Below are positions 40,719 through 51,616 of a stretch of DNA of 64,000 nucleotides, one piece after another (position 1 is the first letter of the stretch; every line of letters starts with the position of its first letter). Position numbers and translations under genes: made by a program. Source of the stretch: Candidatus Kapaibacterium sp. (GTDB lineage Bacteria; Bacteroidota; Ignavibacteria; Kapaibacteriales; UBA2268); NCBI GenBank assembly GCA_963665665.1, contig OY762428.1, positions 2,112,001 to 2,176,000 on the forward strand. The letters are read 5' to 3'. Under the pieces are notes generated by a model that saw only the letters and a program-made list of their open reading frames with translations, searched no databases and had not been told where the DNA came from.

Positions 40719-42131
40719 ATGAGTAAAAGCATGAGCGGAAAAAAATTATTTCAATTGAACTATGAAACTCTGTTTGTAATTTTGGGGCTTATTTTCGGAA
40801 TAGCTTTTATCAGGGTAAACGCCCCTTTTCATTCTAATGACGAAGACAGGCACTTCCTTCATGCATATTTTATCGCCAGTGGTTATACTATTCCCGATAC
40901 TAAGGACGGCAAAGCCGGAGGTGAAATACCTGACAACTTAGTAAATGTTGTAAGGAGTTTCCAGGGCATTCCATTCCACCAGGGAACCAAAATTGATAAA
41001 CTTAAAATGGAAAGGTCCTTCGATCAGCCATTGAATCCGGAACAAAGCTCTTTCCATATTGATTATGAATTCAGAACGCCTTTTCTGCCCTACCTGCCTT
41101 ATTCAACCGGTATTCTGATTGGAAAAATATTTAATTCCAATCCGGTGTGGCTTGGCTGGTTTGCACGTTTCGGAGGTTTGGTATTTTACCTCTTTGTTAT
41201 GTTTTTCGTTCTTCGAACAACACCGGTTTTCAAGGGAGTGTTTTTCCTTTACGGATTAACTCCAATGGTTCTTTATCAATGCTCGTCAGTTACTTACGAT
41301 ATGATGACGATAGCTTTATCGTTTTTCATGATAGCCTTTTTCCTGAAATTCGCACTTGACGAAAATTCAAAGCTGACACCCCGGGATTTAGCATTAATTA
41401 TTATAATTGCAGTTTTGCACAGGTTTGCAAAGAACGGGTATGTTGTAATTCCTTTCATGTTCTTTATAATTCCGCCAGGGAAAATTGCAAAATCAGTAAA
41501 ACAGGCCCTGCCTATAATGGCCGGTATGTTCATACTATTTATTATACTTTATAAATTGCCGAACTGGACATGGAGCAAAGTCATTGCCGGGCTGGACGTT
41601 GAAAGAGGAATATCTCCGCAGAAGGATTTCTATAAGAACATGGGAGAAAACCTGTCGATAAATCTGGCAAATCCCGGAATGTTTATTTCCAATTTATGGG
41701 CCAATATATCTCATTTTAAACAGGAATGGGCCGGCGGAGCCATGGGGCGTTTCGGCTATTCCTATTCTATAATGCCAAACTGGTTCTTTTTTATCCACGG
41801 CTTTGTTCTGTTCTTTGTTGCCCTGATTGAAGGCAAATCGCAGTTTAAAATGGTTTTCTGGCAAAAGATAATTACCCTGATAGTTGCAGTACTTTCAATA
41901 GCCCTGGTAATAGTTGGATTTTATGTGCTTTCGCCTGTGGGAGCAAAGATGATATTCGGCCTTCAGGGGCGATACTTCGTGCCAATAATTCCTGTTGCCC
42001 TTTTGCTTTTATACAACACTGCCTTTGAAAGCAAATGGTGGAATAAGTGGGGACATTTGGCTCTTACTGCTTATATAACTATTGTTCTGATCTACACTAT
42101 TGTATTTCTGAACGGAGCACTATACATATAG
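40719..42131 (+). CDS. DUF2142-like multi-pass membrane protein (GT-C-like)
   Basis: PF...DE..HF..AY, GLQGRYF.P motifs; many TM helices. Confidence 0.75.
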   Translation: MSKSMSGKKLFQLNYETLFVILGLIFGIAFIRVNAPFHSNDEDRHFLHAYFIASGYTIPDTKDGKAGGEIPDNLVNVVRSFQGIPFHQGTKIDKLKMERSFDQPLNPEQSSFHIDYEFRTPFLPYLPYSTGILIGKIFNSNPVWLGWFARFGGLVFYLFVMFFVLRTTPVFKGVFFLYGLTPMVLYQCSSVTYDMMTIALSFFMIAFFLKFALDENSKLTPRDLALIIIIAVLHRFAKNGYVVIPFMFFIIPPGKIAKSVKQALPIMAGMFILFIILYKLPNWTWSKVIAGLDVERGISPQKDFYKNMGENLSINLANPGMFISNLWANISHFKQEWAGGAMGRFGYSYSIMPNWFFFIHGFVLFFVALIEGKSQFKMVFWQKIITLIVAVLSIALVIVGFYVLSPVGAKMIFGLQGRYFVPIIPVALLLLYNTAFESKWWNKWGHLALTAYITIVLIYTIVFLNGALYI

Positions 42132-42341
42132 TTTTATTCCTGAGCTTCAAATCCCATGAGTATAACTATTAGAAATAACATGCTCTGAAAAAAGATACAT
42201 AGCCAGGGTTCAATTACAGCAAGCCTGCTGCAGAACTGTTCCCCGAATTTACTTAGTGGGTTACATAAGTGATTAACTTATACATCTATTGAATTTCAAG
42301 AAATATATACAACTATAAAAACAATCCTTAATAAATTGTGT

Positions 42342-43616
42342 TTAAGCAAACAACTGCTTTCTTATAAATACGATTCCGAAAACAATCATCAATCCGCCAA
42401 GGACTATTGCAGCCCATTCGCTCAGGGTGGGTATGCCGTAGCTAAATTCGTAAGCACCGATATCTACATTGAAGTTAGTCATGGTGCGTTTAAAATTTCT
42501 CTGGTCATATAGCACAGGGTTGCCTTCATGGTCGGTATTTGCGCCGTTATCAATTGCGGGGCTTCCCCCCAGCAAAGCATGCGTAAGCGTCAATCCACCG
42601 TTGTTTTGCAGCGGGCCAAGCAGCGGGTCAATAGCCGTAGCTGATTCAATTGCACCGGCATCAGGAGTGGTAGTATTTCTTGTATCGCCGTAACGGTCGC
42701 CAGTTGTGTTGGTAGAAAAGTTAACTCCGCCAATATCTCCGATAAGATTATTCCCGAGTGAAATTAATGTGCCGTAACCATAAATATCCGGGTAATAGCT
42801 ATATCCTGTATTCCCGGCAACTATAGTATTTCTAAGATAGGTAACACTATTTGAATTGCTGCCCAGGTTTATACCGCCCCCATAAGCATAAGACAATCCG
42901 TGATTATCGCTGATCGTACAATTTTCGAGATAAAGAATTGAACCGAAATTTATAACTCCGCCTCCACCGAATGAACTAACTGAATTTCCTGAGATTGTAG
43001 TATTCATAACAAATGTTTTTGTCTGTAAATTATTGGCATTAATAATCAATCCATTTCCGTTACAGTCACTAATACATGAATTATTTATATAATTCTGTTC
43101 TTCATTGTTGGATGAAATATAGATTCCGGAACCATAAGTATTATTATAGCCATCGTGAATATAGCAATTGCTCATGTTTAACGAACCGGCAATATATACT
43201 AACCTGAAATCAGCATTGCGAACTTCACAATATTCCATTGTCAGATCTCCGTTGCACTGTATTGCCATTTCTCCGGCATCCGCTATTGAAATATTTTTGA
43301 TTGTAACTGAATTTCCCGAATAGATTGTAATAATATTTTTATTACCAGCCCCAGTAATTAAATCACCATATAAAATAGTTTTGCCGCGTCCCTGCCCCTG
43401 CAAAGTTATACTCTTGTTAATAATAATTCCACCAATACCACCTTCCTGTGGCATTTCTCCGAATATGCTAATAATATCGCCATTTGAAGCCACAGATATT
43501 GCAGATGTAACACTTGTAAACATTTTAGAACCGTCTGCTGCTACCGTTAGCGTGTCCGATAAAAGGCAAGAATATGAAAAAAGAAAGGCAATAATCAAAC
43601 CCGCAAAATATTTCAT
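42342..43616 (-). CDS. Secreted beta-helix protein with choice-of-anchor Q domain and IPTL-CTERM sorting signal
   Basis: DPLLGPLQNNGGLT.THAL..GSPAID.G...DQR...DIGAYE; C-terminal IPTLSEW + TM + basic tail; likely start ATG 43616. Confidence 0.85.
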   Translation of the reverse strand: MKYFAGLIIAFLFSYSCLLSDTLTVAADGSKMFTSVTSAISVASNGDIISIFGEMPQEGGIGGIIINKSITLQGQGRGKTILYGDLITGAGNKNIITIYSGNSVTIKNISIADAGEMAIQCNGDLTMEYCEVRNADFRLVYIAGSLNMSNCYIHDGYNNTYGSGIYISSNNEEQNYINNSCISDCNGNGLIINANNLQTKTFVMNTTISGNSVSSFGGGGVINFGSILYLENCTISDNHGLSYAYGGGINLGSNSNSVTYLRNTIVAGNTGYSYYPDIYGYGTLISLGNNLIGDIGGVNFSTNTTGDRYGDTRNTTTPDAGAIESATAIDPLLGPLQNNGGLTLTHALLGGSPAIDNGANTDHEGNPVLYDQRNFKRTMTNFNVDIGAYEFSYGIPTLSEWAAIVLGGLMIVFGIVFIRKQLFA

Positions 43617-43844
43617 TAATAATCCTGATAATGAATGTTTTAAATTACTTGATAAGTTAAAATAATGATATAATTGTTGTAAACCAAAAAATCCCGATAA
43701 ATACCGGGATTTTAGATAAAAACATAAGAAAAACTCACTCCTGAACAAAAAAATCATACATTTAGGAATCAGGAATCTGCCTGATTTCCTGAAACTGATT
43801 AGTAAAAAGCAATCATAAAGCAGGAAAACTATTCATATTAAAAA

Positions 43845-44076
43845 TTATTCAGCCCAGGCAGGCATGGCCATCAGATAATATCCGGCACGTTGCATTGCCT
43901 GCTCATCAGTCACGTCAGGCTGCCACGATTTTATCCATTCAGCAAGCCCGGGCTGAACCTGCTGCCGAAGCTAAAATCCCGTCATCTCCCATGCAATATT
44001 TACAATAGTTCTCGTGTTTTCCTTTAAACTCGGGCATTTCCAGTGGCGCACCGCAAGAATGACAAAATGTTGGCAT
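43845..44076 (-). pseudogene. Frameshifted small zinc-ribbon protein
   Basis: MPTFCHSCGAPL...YCKYCMGDDG, then shifts to ..EWIKSWQP...MPAWAE*; span 232 bp is not a multiple of 3. Confidence 0.7.
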
Positions 44077-44139
44077 TGTTTTTTTCCTTTCATTATTTTG
44101 CTGTCAATTAATTACATTTGCATAATAAGGCATGATATA

Positions 44140-44155
44140 TGACAACAGTCTGTCA
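44140..44155. promoter_or_regulatory. Probable binding site of the WYL regulator
   Basis: TGACA-N6-TGTCA palindrome between the WYL stop and the zinc-ribbon start. Confidence 0.55.
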
Positions 44156-44165
44156 GTATTATTTA

Positions 44166-45095
44166 TTAGTATTTTTCCTGAATTTTTCCGGCAATATTTT
44201 TAATTATTTCTCTTATATGAACCGGCTCGATAACTTCCACAGCATCGCCATAACTTAAGATCATCCCGTAAAGCCAATAATCCTCGGGAATTTTCACACT
44301 CATCAAAATAGAGCCATCCTCAAGGATATCCTGACTGGAATCCCTGAAATATTCTTCTACAATATATTTCATCTCCGGTATGAATTTCAATTTAATAAGC
44401 GGAATATCACCAAATCTTTCCCTGTATTTGTTCTGGTGCTCCTCGAAGTCAACTTCTTTGCGGAAGAAACGTTCACCAGTATCTGCTGCATCCTTGATTC
44501 TTGAAAGGCGGAAAAGCCGATAATCATTCCTAAGCCTGCACCAGCCAAACAAATACCACGAATACCATTTGAAAACTATAGTGTAAGGCTCTACATTTCT
44601 TACAGTTCGTTTGCCCCTGCTGCTTGTATATTTGAATGAAATAACCCGGCAATTATCAATAGCATTTTCTATCAGGCCCTGGTTGTTCGAGTTTTTTCTG
44701 CCAATATGCAGCGAACTAAAATCTATATACAGCTTCTCTTTCTTTTTTTCAAATTTATGTTTATCAGTTTTACCTGCTATTGCCCTCATTTTTTCAATTG
44801 TATCTGCAAGGGCACCGTTTTCGAAAGTAGAATAAATACTTTCCAGCGATGTAATAATAAAAAAAAGGTCATCTGTATCAACCATCTGCCGGTTTATACT
44901 GTACCCGGGCATTATTCCGAATCCGCCGCGTGCACCTAAGCTGGATACAACAGGAATACCTGCCGAGCAAAGGCTGTCTATGTCTCTTTGTATAGTCCGC
45001 TGCGACACTCCGAATTTCCCGGCAAGTTCCCTGGCGCTTGTCATTTCGTTATTCAGAAGATGCAGAACAATAGCAAGAAGTCTGTCAATTTTCAT
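44166..45095 (-). CDS. YafY-like HTH-WYL-WCX transcriptional regulator
   Basis: RLL.I..LL, ELA.KFGVS.RTI.RDI..L..AGIP, R.VEPY, WYLFGWCRLR.DYRLFRLSRI, V.EP. Confidence 0.95.
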   Translation of the reverse strand: MKIDRLLAIVLHLLNNEMTSARELAGKFGVSQRTIQRDIDSLCSAGIPVVSSLGARGGFGIMPGYSINRQMVDTDDLFFIITSLESIYSTFENGALADTIEKMRAIAGKTDKHKFEKKKEKLYIDFSSLHIGRKNSNNQGLIENAIDNCRVISFKYTSSRGKRTVRNVEPYTIVFKWYSWYLFGWCRLRNDYRLFRLSRIKDAADTGERFFRKEVDFEEHQNKYRERFGDIPLIKLKFIPEMKYIVEEYFRDSSQDILEDGSILMSVKIPEDYWLYGMILSYGDAVEVIEPVHIREIIKNIAGKIQEKY

Positions 45096-45234
45096 ATTCA
45101 GTTGAAATTATTATTAACAACAATCTGCAAATCTAATATTTTTTGTTGAAATGATTATTGTTTTATCGCAGTAAGGTATTTCCTGAATATACCGAAGCAG
45201 CTTTTAAATGTTTTTCTATTCAAATTTTTAACTT

Positions 45235-45770
45235 ATCACCCTGCGCCAGCGAAGAATCCATTCTTATTACACTATCTGCAAACGAAGATGGATTCTTTTT
45301 CGGGCAACCACAAGGGTTGCCCCTACGATTAAATCACCTGTCCCCCACTGGCGGGGGTGAAGTTCCGGAAAATTCCCCTCGTTGATGGGTGGCGAGCGCA
45401 GCGAGTTCCCGACAAGTCGGGACAGGCTGGGGTGGATTTCTTTTTCTTAGTTTCCGAACCTTGCATTATTATCCACGAGCTAAAGCACGTGGCTATTGAA
45501 TTTGACAATTATAAGGCTGGAAGGTCATTCTGAGCGCCAGCGAAGAATCCATTCTTTATGCATTCCCCCTCATTACGAAGTTGTACTTCGTAATGCAGTT
45601 TTCTTTTGAAGCTGAGCTTCTCTATTTCAAAGTAGAACTTTGCAGGAAAAATTCATTCCCAAGTACAACTTGGGAAGAAGGGAAAATCACCTGTCCCACG
45701 CTGGTGGGGGTGAATTAGCCCGGTTTTCTCTTCATTTTTAATTATTCATTGTTAATTGTTAATTAAAATC
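45235..45770. repeat. Mosaic of several different REP-like palindromes
   Basis: e.g. GGGCAACCACAAGGGTTGCCCCTACG, TCCCGACAAGTCGGGA, CATTACGAAGTTGTACTTCGTAATG, TTCCCAAGTACAACTTGGGAA, duplicated AATCACCTGTCCC..GGGGGTGAA. Confidence 0.75.
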
Positions 45771-45994
45771 CCAACTCCGGCCCTTACCCCCCGTTCTTCC
45801 ACCCAAATGAACAGGCCGCCGGCCTTAATTCCCTATCCTGTGGTTTCTATGAATCGAATAATTTCCTTAATTCAATGCTGTTTTGAACCAGAACCATGAT
45901 GTTTGGGCTAAATGCTTTGTTGGCAGGGCTTTAAACTACATTGGCCGGAGGTATTGAGGTGTTGTTTAGCCTTAATGTAGTGAAATTTGGCCTC

Positions 45995-46253
45995 ATTGAG
46001 GTCTTGGTTGACTTTACTGAGGACTTGGTTGACCTTACTGAGGTCTTGGTTGACCTTACTGAGGTCTTGGTTGACCTTACTGAGGACTTGGTTGACTTTA
46101 CTGAGGTCTTGGTTGACTTTACTGAGGTCTTGGTTGACTTTACTGAGGTCTTGGTTGACCTTACTGAGGACTTGGTTGACCTTACTGAGGTCTTGGTTGA
46201 CTTTACTGAGGTCTTGGTTGACTTTACTGAGGTCTTGGTTGACTTTACTGAGG
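45995..46253. repeat. Tandem array of 12 x 21 bp (ACTGAGGWCTTGGTTGACYTT)
   Basis: Units at 45995, 46016 ... 46226 plus a partial unit; internal AGGTC-N6-GACCT palindrome; minus frame reads (LSKVNQD)n. Confidence 0.95.
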
Positions 46254-46377
46254 TTGCTCATTATCTTCAACCAAGGCATCAATGACTTCGACCAAGGCAT
46301 CAATAAAGCAAAACATTGCTGCAATAGTGTCGACCATTGGTACATTGCTTTCGACACTTCCTACCTCCCCCCGCCCC

Positions 46378-47733
46378 CATAAGCGCTAACTTAGTGTTTG
46401 ATTTTTATATATAATTTTTTTATATTTGTAAATGGAAAAGTACAACAAGCATATAGAAGAATGGGATGTAGTTACAACCTTACTTCCTTTGGGATGGGAA
46501 TTAAAGGCTAAAGAACTCCAGGCTTTCCAACGTCGCAGGGCATTTGATTCACCTTCTGAGCAACTTCGAGCAATACTTATGCATGTAGCAACGGGGCATT
46601 CTATGAGGGTGGTTGCTACTAAGCTTAAATATGAAAGAAATATAGATATATCAGATGTTGCGTTATTAAAAAAAATGAGGACGTCTGCTGATTGGCTTCG
46701 CTGGATTGCATTAGGATTGATTCATAATAGGGGGATATCATTAGATTCCCCAGAATGGTTGTCTGATTTCAATGTAAGATGTATCGATGCGTCTGTTGTT
46801 ACTGAGCCGGGGTCAACAGGTACTGACTGGAGACTACATTACAGCCATAATCTGTTCAACCTCAAGTGTGACGAATTTATTATTACCAGCCCCAAAGTCG
46901 GTGAGTCTATATCTAATTTCAAAATTAACTCTTCTGATCTTTTTTTAATTGACAGAGCATATTGCAGTTATAAGGGTATTTCAGAAATTCTCGGAAAGAA
47001 AGCAAATTTTGTTGTCAGATATAAGCATAAAGGTTTTACACTCTATAATAGTAAAAAAGATAAAGTTGATATTATTAAAGAATTAAAAAGTTTAAAGTTA
47101 GGTCAAATATTTGACAAAATATTTTTTATTTCCTCCTCCTCCTCAAAAAACAAAAAGATTCCTGTACGTATATGTGCTATCAAAAAAAGCAAGGAGCAAG
47201 CTGAGTTATCCAGAAAGAAAGCAAAAAAGAATTTTGCTAGAAAACAACAGACAATCAGTTCTACAGCTTTAGGACTTAATGATTATATTGTTTTGGTGAC
47301 TTCTTTGATTAATGATATATCTTCTAATAATATCTTAGAATTATATAGAATGAGATGACAGGTTGAAATTTCATTTAAAAAACTAAAAAGTCAATTTGGC
47401 TTGGGGCATTTACCAAAAAAAGATAAAAACTCTGCACGAGCGTGGCTTTATGCTAAGATGATCACAGCTCTCCTTACTCAGGCTATTATCGATGAAGGTG
47501 AGCGTTTTTCCCCCTGGGGCTACAGGTTTAATAAAAGAGAATGATAAAAGGAGTACATCACAATGGCGTGAAAATGTATTTGTTAAAGATATTTTATTGA
47601 AAATCATCAGTCCCGGTATTACTTTGTATCAATGTATTAACAACTGGGATGATGTTTCTAATTGCCTAAAAGAAGGACATCGAAAAAGGCAAAGTAGTAT
47701 GAATTACTTATTTTCACTAAGTTAGCGCATATG
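46378..47733 (+). mobile_element. IS4-family insertion sequence
   Basis: 19-bp terminal IRs CATAAGCGCTAACTTAGTG / CACTAAGTTAGCGCATATG (1 mismatch); 11-bp TSD CCCCCCGCCCC at 46367-46377 and 47734-47744. Confidence 0.92.
46432..47544 (+). pseudogene. IS4-family DDE transposase with a nonsense codon (TGA at 47356)
   Basis: IDAS, IDRAY and Y..R[W>*]QVE..FK.LKS (YREK) motifs; the frame continues to FSPWGY..* at 47544. Confidence 0.9.
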
Positions 47734-47844
47734 CCCCCCGCCCCCCTCCTTCGAAAGGAGGGGGAGTTAATTCTATGTTATTTAACTTCTTATCCCCTCC
47801 TAAAGTAGGAGGGGAATACAGGGGTGGTTTTCTTACTTTGATTT

Positions 47845-48015
47845 GGAACAAGGCAGCAATGACTCCGAACAAAGCATCAATAACTCCGAACAAGGCATCA
47901 ATAAAGCAAAACATTGCTGCATTGCCTTCAACCAAGGCTGCAATAACTTCGAACAAGGTAGCAATGACTCCGAACAAGGCGTCAAAAAAGCAAAACATCA
48001 GTACTTTGCTTTCGA
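47845..48015. repeat. Degenerate 21-bp-period repeat, related to 46265-46355 on the other side of the IS
   Basis: GAACAAGGCATCAATRACTCC-like units; shared block CAAGGCATCAATAAAGCAAAACATTGCTGCA on both sides. Confidence 0.8.
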
Positions 48016-48325
48016 CCCCTCCCAAACCCTCCCCGAAGGGGCGGGCTTTGAAGAAAAGCAAAGCAGCAATAGGTTAAAACTTCGGTACATTACTTCTGAA
48101 CAAGGGTTCCATGATTCCGACCAAAGGGGAAATATGTTCAAACATCGCTGCATTTACTCTGCCAAATCCTTCGAAAGGACGGGGAATTAATTCTATGTTA
48201 TTTAACTTCTTATACTTTCATCGGAGAGGAGGGGATTACGGGAAGCGTTGCGATAATTTCTTTAAGACAAAAAAAATCCCGGTTATGAGAACCGGGATAA
48301 AAAAGTATATTATCTTTTGAAAATA

Positions 48326-50731
48326 CTACTGTATCCTTATCCTTTGGCCTATCTGAAGCCTTCTTGGATTTACGTTCTTATTTTTTCTTTTCAGGGAGTT
48401 TGTGCTGATTCCGAATTTCCTTGCTATCTTCTGGAAAGTATCTCCACGGCGCACTTTATAATATTTCGGAGCCCTGTTTACTTTTTTCGATACCGAAGAA
48501 CTGCCCTTGGCTGTTTTATTCGGATAAATGGTCAGCAAAGAGCCTTTGTAGATAGTATTACCCTTAATTTTACTGCTGTTCCATTTTTTTATATCAGATT
48601 CCCGAACGCCATATCTGGCTGCTATTGTACCAATACTTTCGCCCCTGCGTACTTTATGGCTGACTTTTTCGGATCCGGTAGATTCGGCAATTGCTGTTTT
48701 CCTTTTCTGAACCCCGTCGGAGATTATTTTAAGGATTTGACCCGGAATTATTTTATCCTTTCGGATTTTATTTTCATTTCTGATTGCTGCAACGGTTACA
48801 CCGTATTCATCGGCTATCTGCCCGAGTGTTTCGCCGCGCTTTACTTTATGGCGGATAATTTTCGGGCGCTCAAGTTTATTGATTGCCAGTGTGGAAGTAT
48901 CAATTGCAGAACTTTTTGCAATAATAAGTTTCATGCCTGGCTGAATATTCTCTTCATCAACGGAAATATCATTCAGGTTCCTCAGGTCTGTCAGCCTTAC
49001 GCCATAGTGCTGTGCTATCCTGTAAAGGTTCTCACCCCGCTGAACAACATGAATAACCGAACCTTTTTCATTAATCTGTTTCTGTGCTTCTATCGAGGAC
49101 AATTGGGTATTATCATCTTCCGGAACAAAATTTGCGCCCGGTATTTTAAGTACTGCACCGGTTTTAAGCCTTGAGCGGTATGACCTGAGGCCGTTAAATG
49201 CGGCAATTTCCTTGCTCGATACACCATATTTTTTTGCAAGTTTGGAGAGTGTTTCCCTTCTCTGAACTTTATGATAAATCCACGGCCTTTTTTCTTCTTC
49301 AGTAAGGTTTGGATAAAGGTTTGCTATCATGTCTTTTGTTCCGACAGGAACTTTCACCGAGTAATTTTCAACATTCGGAGGAGTAAAGGAACGTACAAGC
49401 TCGGGGTTCATATCTGCTATCGTTTCCTCGGGAACGCCCGCGCATTTGGCTATGGATGCAAGGTTAACAGATTCGGAAACATTGAATATTTCATATTCAT
49501 ATTTTTTTTCAAATTCAATTTCCTTCATGTCGAAACCATATCCTTCAGGATCCATGGCAACACGTGTCATGGCAATAAACAGGGGGACGTATTTTTTAGT
49601 TTCCCGTGGCAGGTATTTTTGAACATTCCAGAAATTGGGATCGCTCTGTCCGGATCTTCTGATGGCTCTTTTCACGCATCCGGCACCACAATTGTAAGCA
49701 GCAAGTGCAAGATGCCAGTTGCCGAAATCGTTGTACAGGTCTTTCAGGTGTCTCATGGCTGCAACTGTAGCTTTCTCGGGGTCTCTTCTTTCATCCATCC
49801 AGAATGAGGCTTCGCTGTTCAGTCCGTATTCTTTACCGGTAGAACTAATAAACTGCCACATACCAACTGCTTTTGCTCTTGAAACAGCATTAGGGTTCAG
49901 CCCGCTTTCCACCATGGAAAGATATACCAGTTCAAACGGGGCTTCCTCTTCGTCTGCAATTTCAAGCAGGAGTGGGAACCACCTCTTTGTTCTGGAAAGG
50001 CATTTTTTCATAAATTTCTTACCAATTTTATGCTGTGTAAGAAATTCAATATTTTTCTGAACATATTTATTATCATCAAGGGGGATAGTAATTTCTCTTT
50101 TTTTGGCTGTAACGGGCATACCGGCAAATGCCTGATTCAAATTAGCTGTATCCTTCGGAATTTCAATAGTCCCGATAGAAATATCACCCTGGTCATCATC
50201 GCTGTAGAAGTTATCCAGTTCGTGATAAAGTTTATCCCTGATAATAAATATCGAGGAGTTCTCGTTCAGGGATTTGAAATCCGGTACAAAGCTTTCGTAA
50301 TCATCAACAATGGACTGGGCAAGGTCAGTAAATTCTTCGTTGTTTTCTATTCCGGGATAGCTTACAAGCCTGTTCAAAATATCCATTGCCTGTTCGAAAT
50401 AAAGAGCAGCTTCGGTAGTATCGCCTTTTTCAATTCTTATAAGAGCCTGAACATATTGCTGCCTGGCTTTTTCCATAGTGATAAGAACAACCTGGTCGTT
50501 TCTTTTGGCTCTTTCCTCGTAATCGTCAAGTTCTGAAAATTCGTCAGGAAACAGTTTATATCCTTTTTCAGTGGATCTGGCATCCTGAGCAAACGCGTTG
50601 CCAGCAGTAAATAGCAGCAATGCGGAAAATAAAAACAGCAATAGTCGCCTTCCTCTGAAAAAAGGCTCTTTTTTTTCTGAATATTGCATCTTTCCCCCCG
50701 GTATTATAACAGCATTCAATATTAAAAACAC
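48326..50731 (-). CDS. mltD: Membrane-bound lytic murein transglycosylase D with multiple LysM domains
   Basis: [46 protein letters not shown]; about five HKV.RGETL-type LysM repeats. Confidence 0.92.
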   Translation of the reverse strand: MFLILNAVIIPGGKMQYSEKKEPFFRGRRLLLFLFSALLLFTAGNAFAQDARSTEKGYKLFPDEFSELDDYEERAKRNDQVVLITMEKARQQYVQALIRIEKGDTTEAALYFEQAMDILNRLVSYPGIENNEEFTDLAQSIVDDYESFVPDFKSLNENSSIFIIRDKLYHELDNFYSDDDQGDISIGTIEIPKDTANLNQAFAGMPVTAKKREITIPLDDNKYVQKNIEFLTQHKIGKKFMKKCLSRTKRWFPLLLEIADEEEAPFELVYLSMVESGLNPNAVSRAKAVGMWQFISSTGKEYGLNSEASFWMDERRDPEKATVAAMRHLKDLYNDFGNWHLALAAYNCGAGCVKRAIRRSGQSDPNFWNVQKYLPRETKKYVPLFIAMTRVAMDPEGYGFDMKEIEFEKKYEYEIFNVSESVNLASIAKCAGVPEETIADMNPELVRSFTPPNVENYSVKVPVGTKDMIANLYPNLTEEEKRPWIYHKVQRRETLSKLAKKYGVSSKEIAAFNGLRSYRSRLKTGAVLKIPGANFVPEDDNTQLSSIEAQKQINEKGSVIHVVQRGENLYRIAQHYGVRLTDLRNLNDISVDEENIQPGMKLIIAKSSAIDTSTLAINKLERPKIIRHKVKRGETLGQIADEYGVTVAAIRNENKIRKDKIIPGQILKIISDGVQKRKTAIAESTGSEKVSHKVRRGESIGTIAARYGVRESDIKKWNSSKIKGNTIYKGSLLTIYPNKTAKGSSSVSKKVNRAPKYYKVRRGDTFQKIARKFGISTNSLKRKNKNVNPRRLQIGQRIRIQ

Positions 50732-50797
50732 GAAAAATTGTTAATTAAAAAAAATACTCTACAGGCTTTGGCAAAGAAAGCCTGATAATCTAATTTC

Positions 50798-51616
50798 TTA
50801 ATTTATGAAATTTCTTTGACTTTTACCCGAAATAATCAAAGAAAATATAAATATTGCTGCCTGAATGAGTATTATTGACGCTCCGGAAGGCAGGTCTGCC
50901 TGGTATGAAACAATTAATCCGGTAAAAGCGCTGAAAACGCCAAATAGCACCGCCAGTAAGGACATAGCAAAAAATGTTTTTGAAATAAGCCTTGAAGATG
51001 CTGACGGAATCACTAAAAATGCAGCCACCAGGATTATTCCGACAATTTTTACGGAAACAACAATAGTTATAGCCACAAGGATATTAAGAATGTAGTCATC
51101 CCTGTCAACTTTCAGCTTATCTGTTTTGGCAATTTCGCGATCGAATCCCGCATAAGCCCATCTTCCCCAAAGTTTGAATGTTGTAAGCAGGCTGATCAGT
51201 AAAATCACCGATGAAATAATAATATCTTCCGTTGTTACTGTGAGTATCGATCCGAATAAATATGTAAAGGCATCTACGGTATAATTTTCTTTTAAGGACA
51301 GGAATACGATACCCAGCGCTACTGCAAGTGAGAAGAATATTCCAATAGAAGTATCAGGGCTGAGTGTTGTTCTTTGGCGGACAAATACGATACCGGCAGC
51401 TATCAGAACCGTGAATGGAACGGCCGTGTACAGGGGTTCAGTATTAAGCAGTAGCCCGAGAGCCACGCCGCCAAAAGCTGCGTGAGCCAAGCCGCTGCCC
51501 AGAAAACTCATTTTGCGCTGTACGATGAAACTACCGTAATAGCCACATAATATACCAATAATAATGCCCCCGATAAATGCCCTCTGCATGAAGGGGAATT
51601 GAAACAGGTCACTCAT
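50798..51616 (-). CDS. znuB: Zn/Mn ABC transporter permease
   Basis: GLAHAAFGGVALG, YLFGSIL, VKIVGIILV.A.LVIP, PSGASI; start ATG 51616 overlaps the znuC stop. Confidence 0.9.
   Translation of the reverse strand: MSDLFQFPFMQRAFIGGIIIGILCGYYGSFIVQRKMSFLGSGLAHAAFGGVALGLLLNTEPLYTAVPFTVLIAAGIVFVRQRTTLSPDTSIGIFFSLAVALGIVFLSLKENYTVDAFTYLFGSILTVTTEDIIISSVILLISLLTTFKLWGRWAYAGFDREIAKTDKLKVDRDDYILNILVAITIVVSVKIVGIILVAAFLVIPSASSRLISKTFFAMSLLAVLFGVFSAFTGLIVSYQADLPSGASIILIQAAIFIFSLIISGKSQRNFIN

Noticed and set aside
47356-47358. TGA read as Trp (alternative genetic code)
   Set aside because: Other genes here end at TGA at the expected position (e.g. ECF sigma at 22270, DMT at 12175), so this is a nonsense mutation or sequencing error.
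48317-50536. Long plus-strand ORFs (48317-49174, 49271-49807, 50030-50536) and similar antisense ORFs elsewhere
   Set aside because: Shadow frames opposite well-supported genes such as mltD.
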